From the NCBI GenBank assembly GCA_963665665.1, contig OY762428.1, forward strand, positions 4,480,001-4,544,000: DNA of 64,000 bases, in the 5' to 3' direction. The DNA comes from Candidatus Kapaibacterium sp. GTDB taxonomy: Bacteria; Bacteroidota; Ignavibacteria; Kapaibacteriales; UBA2268. Position numbers and translations under genes: made by a program. The notes under the pieces are model-generated. The model did not search any database and had not been told where the DNA came from. It worked only from the letters and a program-made list of their open reading frames with translations. Positions 20,001 to 27,503 of the stretch are shown here, piece after piece. Each line of letters opens with the position of its first letter. The first letter of the stretch is position 1.

Positions 20001-20423
20001 ACAGTTCTTACACTTTATCATAATAAAATGAAACACAATATTAAATTAATTAAAAAATTTAATTATGACGAACCAATACTTTGCTATCCTGATGAATTGA
20101 CACAAGTTTGGACGAATTTGATACATAATTCCCTTCAGGCGATGAATTTCAAAGGTAAATTGCTAATTGACGTAAGGAAAGAAAAAAATTTAATTAGAAT
20201 TTCAATTTCAGATACAGGCAAAGGAATTCCGGAAGATATAAGAGATAAAATATTTGAGCCGTTTTTTACTAATAAGCCCTTAGGTGAAGGTAGTGGCTTA
20301 GGATTGGATATAGTGAAAAAGATTATTGAAAAGCATGAAGGAAAAATTGAGTTCGATTCGGTTGTAAACAAAGGAACAACCTTTAAAATTTATCTTCCGA
20401 TAAAAATGGAGGACTCACAATGA
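17001..20423 (+). CDS. Large hybrid sensor kinase (REC, about 5 PAS, HisKA, HATPase)
   Basis: Receiver motifs LEDN and ADFTLP; repeated PAS motifs (IHPDD, LHPDD, EQSPASVVITD); GQLIAGVAHEINSPL and GEGSGLGL. Confidence 0.92.
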   Translation: MNRMIKILYLEDNPVDVELVKEILDSDKINSEISVVDNEKDYLQEIKKRRHDIILADFTLPAFNGIEALKYAMEICPSTPFIFFSGTLGEENAIKAMKYGATDYVLKKWVQKLPLSIVRAIDERNSIIKRMKAELDLKRSEKNYRDLVENSVVGIYKTNLDGKIIFANNSLAEIFGYSNKDDLIGENAANFYKNPDNRKRLTEKLKAGQTVDLMEIDIVDKNNITKQIRLSAALNENYISGIINDISESKKAESALMNSEKKLRTITDSAKDAIIMMDHNGIVTFWNNAAQDIFGYEESEIIGQILHKTIVPERFYGQHILNFKDWVKTGEGNAVGKTLELIGLNKSGQEFPVELSLSAIKVDSNWVAVGIIRDISDRKAIEYKIKKNLESLHQAEEIASLGYFERNWKTGECYWSNGFFNLLGFKDKDFSHSQELFFKYIHPDDLQIFQNKLQESLDNKKSLDIRFKMINRRNELIHIHGLATNSYDEKGHPALTIGVFRDITEELKTQKELKGSELRLDHVLKSSNLGTWDWKLSNNSIVFGYNWYSMLGYDESDLEEKPETFFNLLHPDDSKTLKKILDDHISGKFPEFSSEIRMKSKSGGWKWIQTAGKCIEKDKDGNPLRLTGIHIDIDKIKKNEEELINYRNHLEDLVEQKTIELKKSYREVRKLFQAVEQSPASVVITDENVKITYVNKSFEQVTGYETEEVLGKNPNILKSGKHSSIFYKSMWNTINSGKVWKGDIQNKKKGGELYWERSHIAPILNQEGNIISYVAVKEDISKEKEQEQDLLNAFKEIKKSNDTMNSTLDELKRTQSQLVQSEKMVALGQLIAGVAHEINSPLGAIKSQNESFLRDIERVFHNMPVLFANMPMELIRKIDLLVDKAVENKKMLSPREERDLKKKVKSLFEKIGIYNSTRLASTYINFADEKAINEYLPILKHEKALEITGLISKLVNLKNGSSIIKNAVENIMKIVFALKSYSHFDSSDNMSSFSIVESIETVLTLYHNKMKHNIKLIKKFNYDEPILCYPDELTQVWTNLIHNSLQAMNFKGKLLIDVRKEKNLIRISISDTGKGIPEDIRDKIFEPFFTNKPLGEGSGLGLDIVKKIIEKHEGKIEFDSVVNKGTTFKIYLPIKMEDSQ

Positions 20424-20824
20424 TAAAAAAAGCTATCATTTGTGTTGATGACGAAAAACTTGTTCTTTCAAGCCTTAGAAGGGAATTGGAAGATATTTTA
20501 GGAGATGAGTATTATATTGAAATCGCTTTATCAGGCAGAGAAGCTCTGGATGTTTTTAATGATTTGAGAACTGATGAATTTGATATCCCGATTATTATTT
20601 CCGATTATATAATGCCTGAAATGAAAGGAGATGAGCTGTTAATAAGATTTCATAAAATTGATTCAAAACCTATAAAAATAATTCTAAGCGGGCAGATGAC
20701 CAACGAAGCAATTGATCGGGCTATGAAAGAAGGTAATATTTTTAAATTTATAAATAAACCATGGGATCATGAAAAATTAATATCAATCTTATGCGACGCA
20801 ATAAGTTCTTACTATGGTCAATAA
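20420..20824 (+). CDS. Single-domain response regulator
   Basis: ICVDDE, ISDYIMPEMKGDELL and KPW; ATGA overlap with the upstream kinase. Confidence 0.9.
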   Translation: MIKKAIICVDDEKLVLSSLRRELEDILGDEYYIEIALSGREALDVFNDLRTDEFDIPIIISDYIMPEMKGDELLIRFHKIDSKPIKIILSGQMTNEAIDRAMKEGNIFKFINKPWDHEKLISILCDAISSYYGQ

Positions 20825-20895
20825 TTTATCTTAAATTTTATACGGCAAAAAAACTCAAGTGGTTAAAAGCTTGATTTACATGTATCTATTTCATT

Positions 20896-21150
20896 TCAAT
20901 CATCCCACGCACGGCGAACTTCATTTATCGCCTCCTCCTGTACAATTCGCACATACTTCTGAAAAGACGCCCTGCTTTTATGTCCGGTAACCTTCATAAT
21001 GTACTCCGGCAACAGGCCCCTTTTTCAGAGATAGAGTGATAAATATTCTGCGTGCCGTGTGGGATACACTTCCTTCGGCATTCTTAATATTTTGATCTTT
21101 TTCATACTTACTCTCTCATTTGCCATTTACTCTTACCTGATTTACGATTT
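20896..21150 (-). pseudogene. Frameshifted C-terminal remnant of a tyrosine recombinase/integrase
   Basis: The minus strand reads SHTARRIFITLSLKKG, then after a frameshift near 21020 LLPEYIMKVTGHKSRASFQKYVRIVQEEAINEVRRAWDD*. This contains HxxR, GH and the catalytic Tyr. The upstream part is disrupted and the 21150 boundary is approximate. Confidence 0.78.
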
Positions 21151-21294
21151 GAAAATTCATCCATCAGAAAAGAAAAAAAATTTGAGATAACAAATTGATT
21201 ACCAGGCAGTCCTGTTTTCAGATTTACTGATATACTAACAACGGTTTTAGTGGTAAACATTTAACGGTTTAGCCGGTACACTTTGCCCGGTTTG

Positions 21295-21595
21295 TGCCCT
21301 GGTCGGAAGCAAAGAAACAAAACCACCCCTGTATTTCCCTCCTACATTAGGAGGGGATAAGAAATTAAATATCATGGAATTAACTCCCCCTCCTTCCGAA
21401 GGAGGGGGACGGGGTTAGGTAAGAAGGTTCGGAAGCAAAGCACCAAAGTTTGATGATATTTCCGCCCTGGTCGTAAGCAAAGCAAGAAAACCACCCCTAT
21501 AATCCCCTCCTACATTAGGAGGGGATAAGAAATTAAATATCATGGAATTAACTCCCCCTCCTTCCGAAGGAGGGGGACGGGGGGAGGTAGGAAGG
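21295..21595. repeat. Two copies (~169-bp spacing) of a GC-rich double-hairpin REP/MITE-like element; a third diverged copy is at ~22981-23090
   Basis: Hairpins CCCTCCTA-CAT-TAGGAGGG and CCCCCTCCTTC-C-GAAGGAGGGGG are joined by an identical linker, ATAAGAAATTAAATATCATGGAATTAA. Confidence 0.85.
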
Positions 21596-21604
21596 GGCAG
21601 CGGC

Positions 21605-21940
21605 ATTTCACCAATGTTCGAATCTATTGACGCCTTGGTCGAATCTATTGATGCCTTGTTCGGAGTCATTGCCGCCTTGGTCGAAGTTAATGCTGCCTTG
21701 TTCGACGCTATTGCACCGATGTTTGATGATATTGCTGCCTTGTTCGAAGTCATTGATGCCTTGGTCGGAGTCATTGATACCTTGGTCGAAGTCATTGATA
21801 CCTTGGTCGAAGTTATTGATGCCTTGGTTGAAGATAATGATGCCTTGGTTGAAGTCATTGACGCCTTGGTCGGAGTCATTGATACCTTGGTCGAAGTTAT
21901 TGATGCCTTGGTTGAAGATAATGATGCCTTGGTTGAAGAT
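21605..21940. repeat. 21-bp tandem array A, ~16 units (consensus ATTGATGCCTTGGTCGAAGTC)
   Basis: Units counted directly. It reads as IDALVEV-type heptads on + and SMTSTKA on -. Confidence 0.95.
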
Positions 21941-21950
21941 AATGAGCAAC

Positions 21951-22202
21951 CTCAGTAAAGTCAACCAAGACCTCAGTAAAGTCAACCAAGACCTCAGTAA
22001 AGTCAACCAAGACCTCAGTAAGGTCAACCAAGACCTCAGTAAGGTCAACCAAGACCTCAGTAAGGTCAACCAAGTCCTCAGTAAAGTCAACCAAGACCTC
22101 AGTAAGGTCAACCAAGTCCTCAGTAAGGTCAACCAAGACCTCAGTAAGGTCAACCAAGACCTCAGTAAAGTCAACCAAGACCTCAGAAAGGTCAACCAAG
22201 TC
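21951..22202. repeat. 21-bp tandem array B, 12 near-identical units (CTCAGTAARGTCAACCAAGWC), with a degenerate tail to ~22430
   Basis: Units counted directly. It reads as LSKVNQD heptads on +. Its TCAACCAAG core is the reverse complement of the array A core CTTGGTYGA. Confidence 0.95.
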
Positions 22203-22443
22203 CTCAATGAGGCCGAATTTTAATACAATAAGGCCAAACAGTAGTTCAATACCTCGGGCCAAGGCAGTTTAAAGCCCTGCAATCCAAGCAATTAGCCCAA
22301 ACATCAGGATTCTGGTTCAAAACAGCGTTGAATTAAGGAAATTATCCGGTTCATTGAAACCACAGGATAGGGAATTAAGGCAAAATGATGAGATATTGAA
22401 GTGGAAGAATGAGTAAACAGAGCAAAAGAATGAGGTGTTATGT

Positions 22444-23130
22444 TGTCATTCCCCGACACGTCGGGGCAGGCTTCCGGAGCTTGCGACCGAAGAATCCATC
22501 TTTGTTTGCAGATAATGTATGAAGAATGGATTCTTCGCTTCGCTCAGGATGACATGCAGTTTTACCATCGTCAAGTTCAATAGCCACGTGCTTTAGCTCG
22601 TGGATAAAGATGCAAGGTGCGGAGGCAAAGAAAAAGAATCCACCCCGACTCGCTGCGCTCGCCACCCCTCAACGAGGGGAATGTTTATAAAACCAGCCAT
22701 CCCGAAAGCGGCGTAGCCGCGACATTTTTGTAGAAAGGCGAATCCGGAAAGGACAACAGCCCCGTAGGGGCGACATTGGCAAAAGATTGTGTCGCTCCTA
22801 CGGAGCTTTTAATAATCGCAATGTAAACATTATCTACAAAAATTCCGCTCCTACGGAGCTTTTTATATAATTCCGATGCTCTTGCGACTGAAGAATCCAT
22901 CTTCGTTTGCAGATAGTGTGTGAAGAATCCACCCCGACTCGCTGCACTCGCCACCCCTCAACGAGGGGAATTTTAAGAATCCACCCCCGCCCTTCGGGCA
23001 CTCGTCCTAAATTAGGAGGGGATAAGAAATTAAATATCATAGGATTAATTCCCCATCCTTCAGAAGGAGAAGGCCGGGGGAGTTAGGAAGAGGCAGAAGC
23101 AATGCACTGATGTTTTAAGCCATTGCCGTC
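22444..23130. repeat. Mosaic of nested palindromic REP/MITE-like elements of several families
   Basis: TGTCAT...GAAGAATCC...GGATTCTTCGCTTCGCTCAGGATGACA contains an inserted CCCCGACACGTCGGGG. Also present are AGCCACGTGCTTTAGCTCGTGG, 2x CCACCCCGACTCGCTGCRCTCGCCACCCCTCAACGAGGGG, AGCCCCGTAGGGGCGACAT and 2x CGCTCCTACGGAGCT. Confidence 0.82.
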
Positions 23131-23419
23131 TTATTCTTCTTCAAAGCCCTAACTTTTTGGGAGGAGCGGCCCCTTAGGAGGATACCTGAGCGTGTTTGGG
23201 AAGGGGGGCGTAAACTGTATTGGAAAAATTAAAAAACCGCGACTTTAATTATTACGTGGATTCCGGATGTTTAATATTTGAACCTTGGAATTATATTATG
23301 GTCATCACAATAAACTCAAATTAAACATACTGAAAAGAATAATTATTTTATCTGTTCCTGTAATTCAATTTTGAAGTATATTATTATTCGGTTTATGTAT
23401 TTAATTATTAAGAATTTTT

Positions 23420-26023
23420 TCAGAACATGAAACCGGCATTAATATAGAATGATGTGATTTCAGGGCTTCGGCAGATATAGACGCTTCCGACATATTCTGG
23501 ATATACAAAATTTGCCCAAATGCCTGCCCCAAATGCCGGATGCCATTTTTTGGAAGTACCGTTTTCAATGAAGACCCTTCCCACATCAGCCATCCCGAGA
23601 ATTCCATACTCACCGGGTATTAAAATATTGTAACTGCCTGCTTTCATTCTGGCTTCGAAGTTGGCAAATACCGAGGCATCTCCTGAATAGCGCTGCCTTC
23701 CGTAACCCCTGATAGTATTATAGTCGCCGATAAAAGGAAGCTCGAAAAAAGGAATATCACCTGCAGATACTGCCCCGCCGATCCTGGCTGCATAAGTCAG
23801 ATCTGTAACAAAATGACTTGTAAAGTATGTTCTCATGTCAATTTCAGCTTTGAAGAAATGAGCGCTGTTTTCAAAGAATTTCTGCCTGTTGATAAATTCA
23901 GGAGAATATTTTATACGGCAATCCAGGTAGAGGCCTTCACGGGCGGCCATTTGATTATCCCGGCTGTCGTAATTAAAATCAATACCAAGATTGAAAAGCC
24001 TCAGATTCTCGTCACCAAATTGCGGGTTCTCATTGAAATATGTATCTTTCTCAGTGTCATTATCGGCTATCCTAAGATTGGCATTGAGCTTTAGAGTCGT
24101 TCTCTCGGATAATTCTGTCTTATATGCAAAATCAAAATCAAATAGTTGTAAATAAACTTCGTAGTATTCATCTTTATCAACATCATTTTTTAATTTCGTT
24201 TCATTTCCAATACCATGAAACCTGACGACATCCAGGCTTGAAGTATAAAACCTGTATTGCAGGGCTGAATTGCTGTATCTTACAGGCATTTCCAGGAAAT
24301 ATTCTGCCCGGAAGCCCTGCAGGCCAACTGAATATCCTGCCTTTAGCCACATCATGTAATAATAAGGATCCATTCGGAAGTCGTGCCTTATAAGAATCGG
24401 CCCACCGCCAAAAAATAATAAATCATCTGAGTTCACTCCAAACCAATATGCAGGTTTCCAATCATGTCCCCAGTCTCTGACCGGAAGCTCGAATAGAAGT
24501 GTATCGTTTTCCGGTTCCGGGTATTTGGTATCATCGAAATAGGAGTCGTCACCGTCTTTTACTTTTGTTTTATCTCCATCGTCATATATCAAAGTAAAAT
24601 CTTTATCAAAAAAATCTGATACCCTGGAATCGTCGTCGAATTTGTCCTTGCCGTCACCTCCAATTAGTCTCACTCTGATTGAATTGTCAGTTTTTCCTTT
24701 TATATCAACTTCATCATCACCGTCGAAAAGATATATTCTTATATCGGCTGTTTCATCGGGATAGTACTTTCTTTGCATAAATGGGCTGTCTGCTTTCTTG
24801 CCGTCAAATATACTGATATCAACAGAACCGTCATCATTCCTGTAGATTTTTACATATTCATCATCATCCGAACACCAGAGATCAACATACTTAATTATCT
24901 CAAAATAAAAATCATCAGAAGCCTCTTTAAGCCCTTCGCGCCTTGAAACCATGATCTTTTTTAGTCTTTTTCCGTCTCTGCCATAAACTTCTTTCGGAAG
25001 AAGGCTGAGTGAATAATCAATAACGGAATCCGTAATACATTGATAAACGAAGTTTGTTATTGAATCCCAGGTATGCCTTGTAATTGTAGGAAGAAATTTT
25101 CTGTCCAGGTATCTTCCTGACCATGTCAGATCATTAATAAGTGGATAGTCCTCATCACAATGCTCGATCTGAGGAATAGCGAGCGTTGCTATCCATGGAA
25201 TCAATCCGTCGTATGAACAGAATGCCTGATCTCTGTCACGTGGTATCGGCCTTGCAATTTTTTTCTTATCAGGCAGGTCGAATTGAGCCCAGCGCCATTG
25301 GTCGTAGTGCCTGTCCCAATCGCCCATGTAAATATCCAGCAGGCGGGCTTTCAGGTATTCATTTGCATCGATTCTGAAACTGTTTTTTTTCTTGAATTTA
25401 TTGAATAGTTTATACGATCCGAATACTTTATCAGCATCAGCAAAATTTTCTGAATCAGATTCATCCCAATCATCGGGATGAAGTTCAATTGTTCCCGGCA
25501 GGTTCTTAAAATATTCACGGTATTCACCAAGCAAGGGATCATCAGGCATTACATATAATTCAGGCTGTGCCTGGAGTACTCCTACAGAGTTTATTATTGG
25601 CGCCGATATAATTGCCGAAAGGGGATTAATTGTGCTGAATACATCAAAAAATGCTTCTTCAACAAGTGAATTCTGAAGTTGGTTCGGCAGATAAACTTCA
25701 GTAAACTTCCTGACAGATCTGAATTTATAAATTTTCCCGTCTTTACTTTTGAATTTCAATGACCTTGTTGTCATACCGCCGCCTTTTTTTATAGGGGTAA
25801 GCCCGCCGGCATAGCTTTGCAGGTTCAGAACGGGAATTTTCATAGGTGTGGCCCAAAGGTCCCGCCATGTATCACCAAAAAAGAAGCGGTGAAAAGACCC
25901 GGCTTTGTATTCATCTACAATTGTAACTTCCACGGAATCCTGTCTGGCGCTGATTTCTATCGCCGAGATTAAAAACAACAGTATTAGGGGCAATATTCTT
26001 AGAAAAATTTTATTATTCAACAT
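23420..26023 (-). CDS. Exported protein with an N-terminal HipA/PI3K-like kinase-fold domain fused to a BamA/TamA (Omp85-type) beta-barrel
   Basis: Signal peptide; GGGMTTRSL loop; GDWDRHYDQWRW...PIPRDRDQAF; barrel motifs YDSRDN and IRGY; C-terminal aromatic strand FYINAGFMF. Confidence 0.72.
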   Translation of the reverse strand: MLNNKIFLRILPLILLFLISAIEISARQDSVEVTIVDEYKAGSFHRFFFGDTWRDLWATPMKIPVLNLQSYAGGLTPIKKGGGMTTRSLKFKSKDGKIYKFRSVRKFTEVYLPNQLQNSLVEEAFFDVFSTINPLSAIISAPIINSVGVLQAQPELYVMPDDPLLGEYREYFKNLPGTIELHPDDWDESDSENFADADKVFGSYKLFNKFKKKNSFRIDANEYLKARLLDIYMGDWDRHYDQWRWAQFDLPDKKKIARPIPRDRDQAFCSYDGLIPWIATLAIPQIEHCDEDYPLINDLTWSGRYLDRKFLPTITRHTWDSITNFVYQCITDSVIDYSLSLLPKEVYGRDGKRLKKIMVSRREGLKEASDDFYFEIIKYVDLWCSDDDEYVKIYRNDDGSVDISIFDGKKADSPFMQRKYYPDETADIRIYLFDGDDEVDIKGKTDNSIRVRLIGGDGKDKFDDDSRVSDFFDKDFTLIYDDGDKTKVKDGDDSYFDDTKYPEPENDTLLFELPVRDWGHDWKPAYWFGVNSDDLLFFGGGPILIRHDFRMDPYYYMMWLKAGYSVGLQGFRAEYFLEMPVRYSNSALQYRFYTSSLDVVRFHGIGNETKLKNDVDKDEYYEVYLQLFDFDFAYKTELSERTTLKLNANLRIADNDTEKDTYFNENPQFGDENLRLFNLGIDFNYDSRDNQMAAREGLYLDCRIKYSPEFINRQKFFENSAHFFKAEIDMRTYFTSHFVTDLTYAARIGGAVSAGDIPFFELPFIGDYNTIRGYGRQRYSGDASVFANFEARMKAGSYNILIPGEYGILGMADVGRVFIENGTSKKWHPAFGAGIWANFVYPEYVGSVYICRSPEITSFYINAGFMF

Positions 26024-26387
26024 AGCTGTTTATATGTAAAAATCTGTTAATAATACATTTTCGTTTTATTATCGTAAAAATATTATACGATAAGGTTATA
26101 AAAAAAATAAATAATCCGTATAGTTTCTGATTCGGTTCCGGTATCATGTAAACAATGAAGGGGATAATCATAGCTATCATTCCCGGCGCAATATTTTTTC
26201 TTCCAAACACAATTCCGAATGCCAGCCCGGTACAGCCCATTAACGAAACATAAAGTAAGGCAATCCTGTATTTTGCCGGATCAATCTCGATAAATGGCAT
26301 TGAAAGTATCAGCATCAGGGTTATTCCAATGGATGAACCCAGCCTGGCATGTAAGTCCTGATGATCCGGCCCGACGTTTTTAATCAT
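26013..26387 (-). CDS. Small integral membrane protein (~4 TM)
   Basis: Four hydrophobic segments; overlaps both neighbouring genes. Confidence 0.65.
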   Translation of the reverse strand: MIKNVGPDHQDLHARLGSSIGITLMLILSMPFIEIDPAKYRIALLYVSLMGCTGLAFGIVFGRKNIAPGMIAMIIPFIVYMIPEPNQKLYGLFIFFITLSYNIFTIIKRKCIINRFLHINSYVE

Positions 26388-27373
26388 TTGTAATCTATCC
26401 TTACTAATTTGATATACAACTGACTTGTTTCGGGTTTGCTGATATCTGATGATAACCCGTGAAGAATTTCATTATTTTGGATTTTTACTGCATAATCGAT
26501 AAAAGTATAATCATTCTGAAGGATCAAATCCGATATTAAAAAATCTATGGAATTTTTCTGCAATATACCATCAATATGTTTTGAATCACTCGAATCCGAT
26601 TCTTTCACGGTTCTTAACAAATAATTAAAACCATTTTTTCTTAGCTCCTTAACCCTCTGCTTTTCAAGTACTGGAAAATTTAATGGTTCAGCAAAATGAC
26701 TTTTCTCAATATTATCCGTCCTGTGTTCATAATCTGAACTGCTCCTGCTCACAGGGGCGCTTGTTACTACTTCGCCAACTTTCATTTTCCACAAGACAAT
26801 AAAAACAATATTAACCAGCACCGACAAAGCCAGCCCCATGTGCGGAACACCAAGGCCGTTTGCCATACCAATTGCCATGGATAAAAATATATAAACTGCA
26901 TCCTTGGTATCCTTTACGGCAACCCGGTATCTTACGGCGGTAAGAATGGCGACCATTCCAAAAGCTCTGGCTAAATTGTCCTCCAGCATCATCATTATAC
27001 CGGTAACTATAATCGATATAAGGATTATAGTCTGGACAATTGATTCGTCGATATCTTTGTTCTTTTTCGTGATTACATAAACCCATGCTACGGGTAAAAT
27101 ATAAACGAATGTTGCCATGATATGAAATGTTGTTATCAGCACATCGTCCCGGTGGGTCATCAGGTTCATGCCTTCGAGCAAAATATCGGAGAATTTTTCC
27201 AGGGTCATCAAATCCAGGTTCTCGTAGTATTCCGAGGCTATCTGTCTGAATAAAAGCAGCATTATTGCAAGCAGGATATAATATGCTGCCAGCCTGAGAA
27301 GCGGAGCCTCCCTGGTTCTGCCAATTAACTCGAAAAGTTTAGGATGTTTAATATTATTGTTTTCGTTATTCAA
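26384..27373 (-). CDS. DUF4956-like membrane protein
   Basis: NLARAFGMVAILTAVRYRVAVKDTKDAVYIFLSMAIGMANGLG fits the DUF4956 pattern (xxRFRxxxKDxxDxxYxF). Confidence 0.75.
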   Translation of the reverse strand: MNNENNNIKHPKLFELIGRTREAPLLRLAAYYILLAIMLLLFRQIASEYYENLDLMTLEKFSDILLEGMNLMTHRDDVLITTFHIMATFVYILPVAWVYVITKKNKDIDESIVQTIILISIIVTGIMMMLEDNLARAFGMVAILTAVRYRVAVKDTKDAVYIFLSMAIGMANGLGVPHMGLALSVLVNIVFIVLWKMKVGEVVTSAPVSRSSSDYEHRTDNIEKSHFAEPLNFPVLEKQRVKELRKNGFNYLLRTVKESDSSDSKHIDGILQKNSIDFLISDLILQNDYTFIDYAVKIQNNEILHGLSSDISKPETSQLYIKLVRIDYK

Positions 27374-27503
27374 AAAATTCTCCCTTTACGGTATTTTTTC
27401 AAAAATGGTAATTTTTCACAAGAGTTCAAAATAAAAGAAAATTAAAATTATTTGGAAATCTGCTTCGTTATATATTATGTTTATCTTTCTACAAATATGT
27501 AAT

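Noticed and set aside
21605-22202. CRISPR array interpretation of the 21-bp repeats
   Set aside because: The units abut with no unique spacers, and there are no cas genes in the window.
21415-23040. Overlapping ORFs in several frames over the arrays and REP-like elements
   Set aside because: Stop-free 21-mers and GC hairpins create open frames automatically. None is called as a CDS; one is kept only as a hypothesis.
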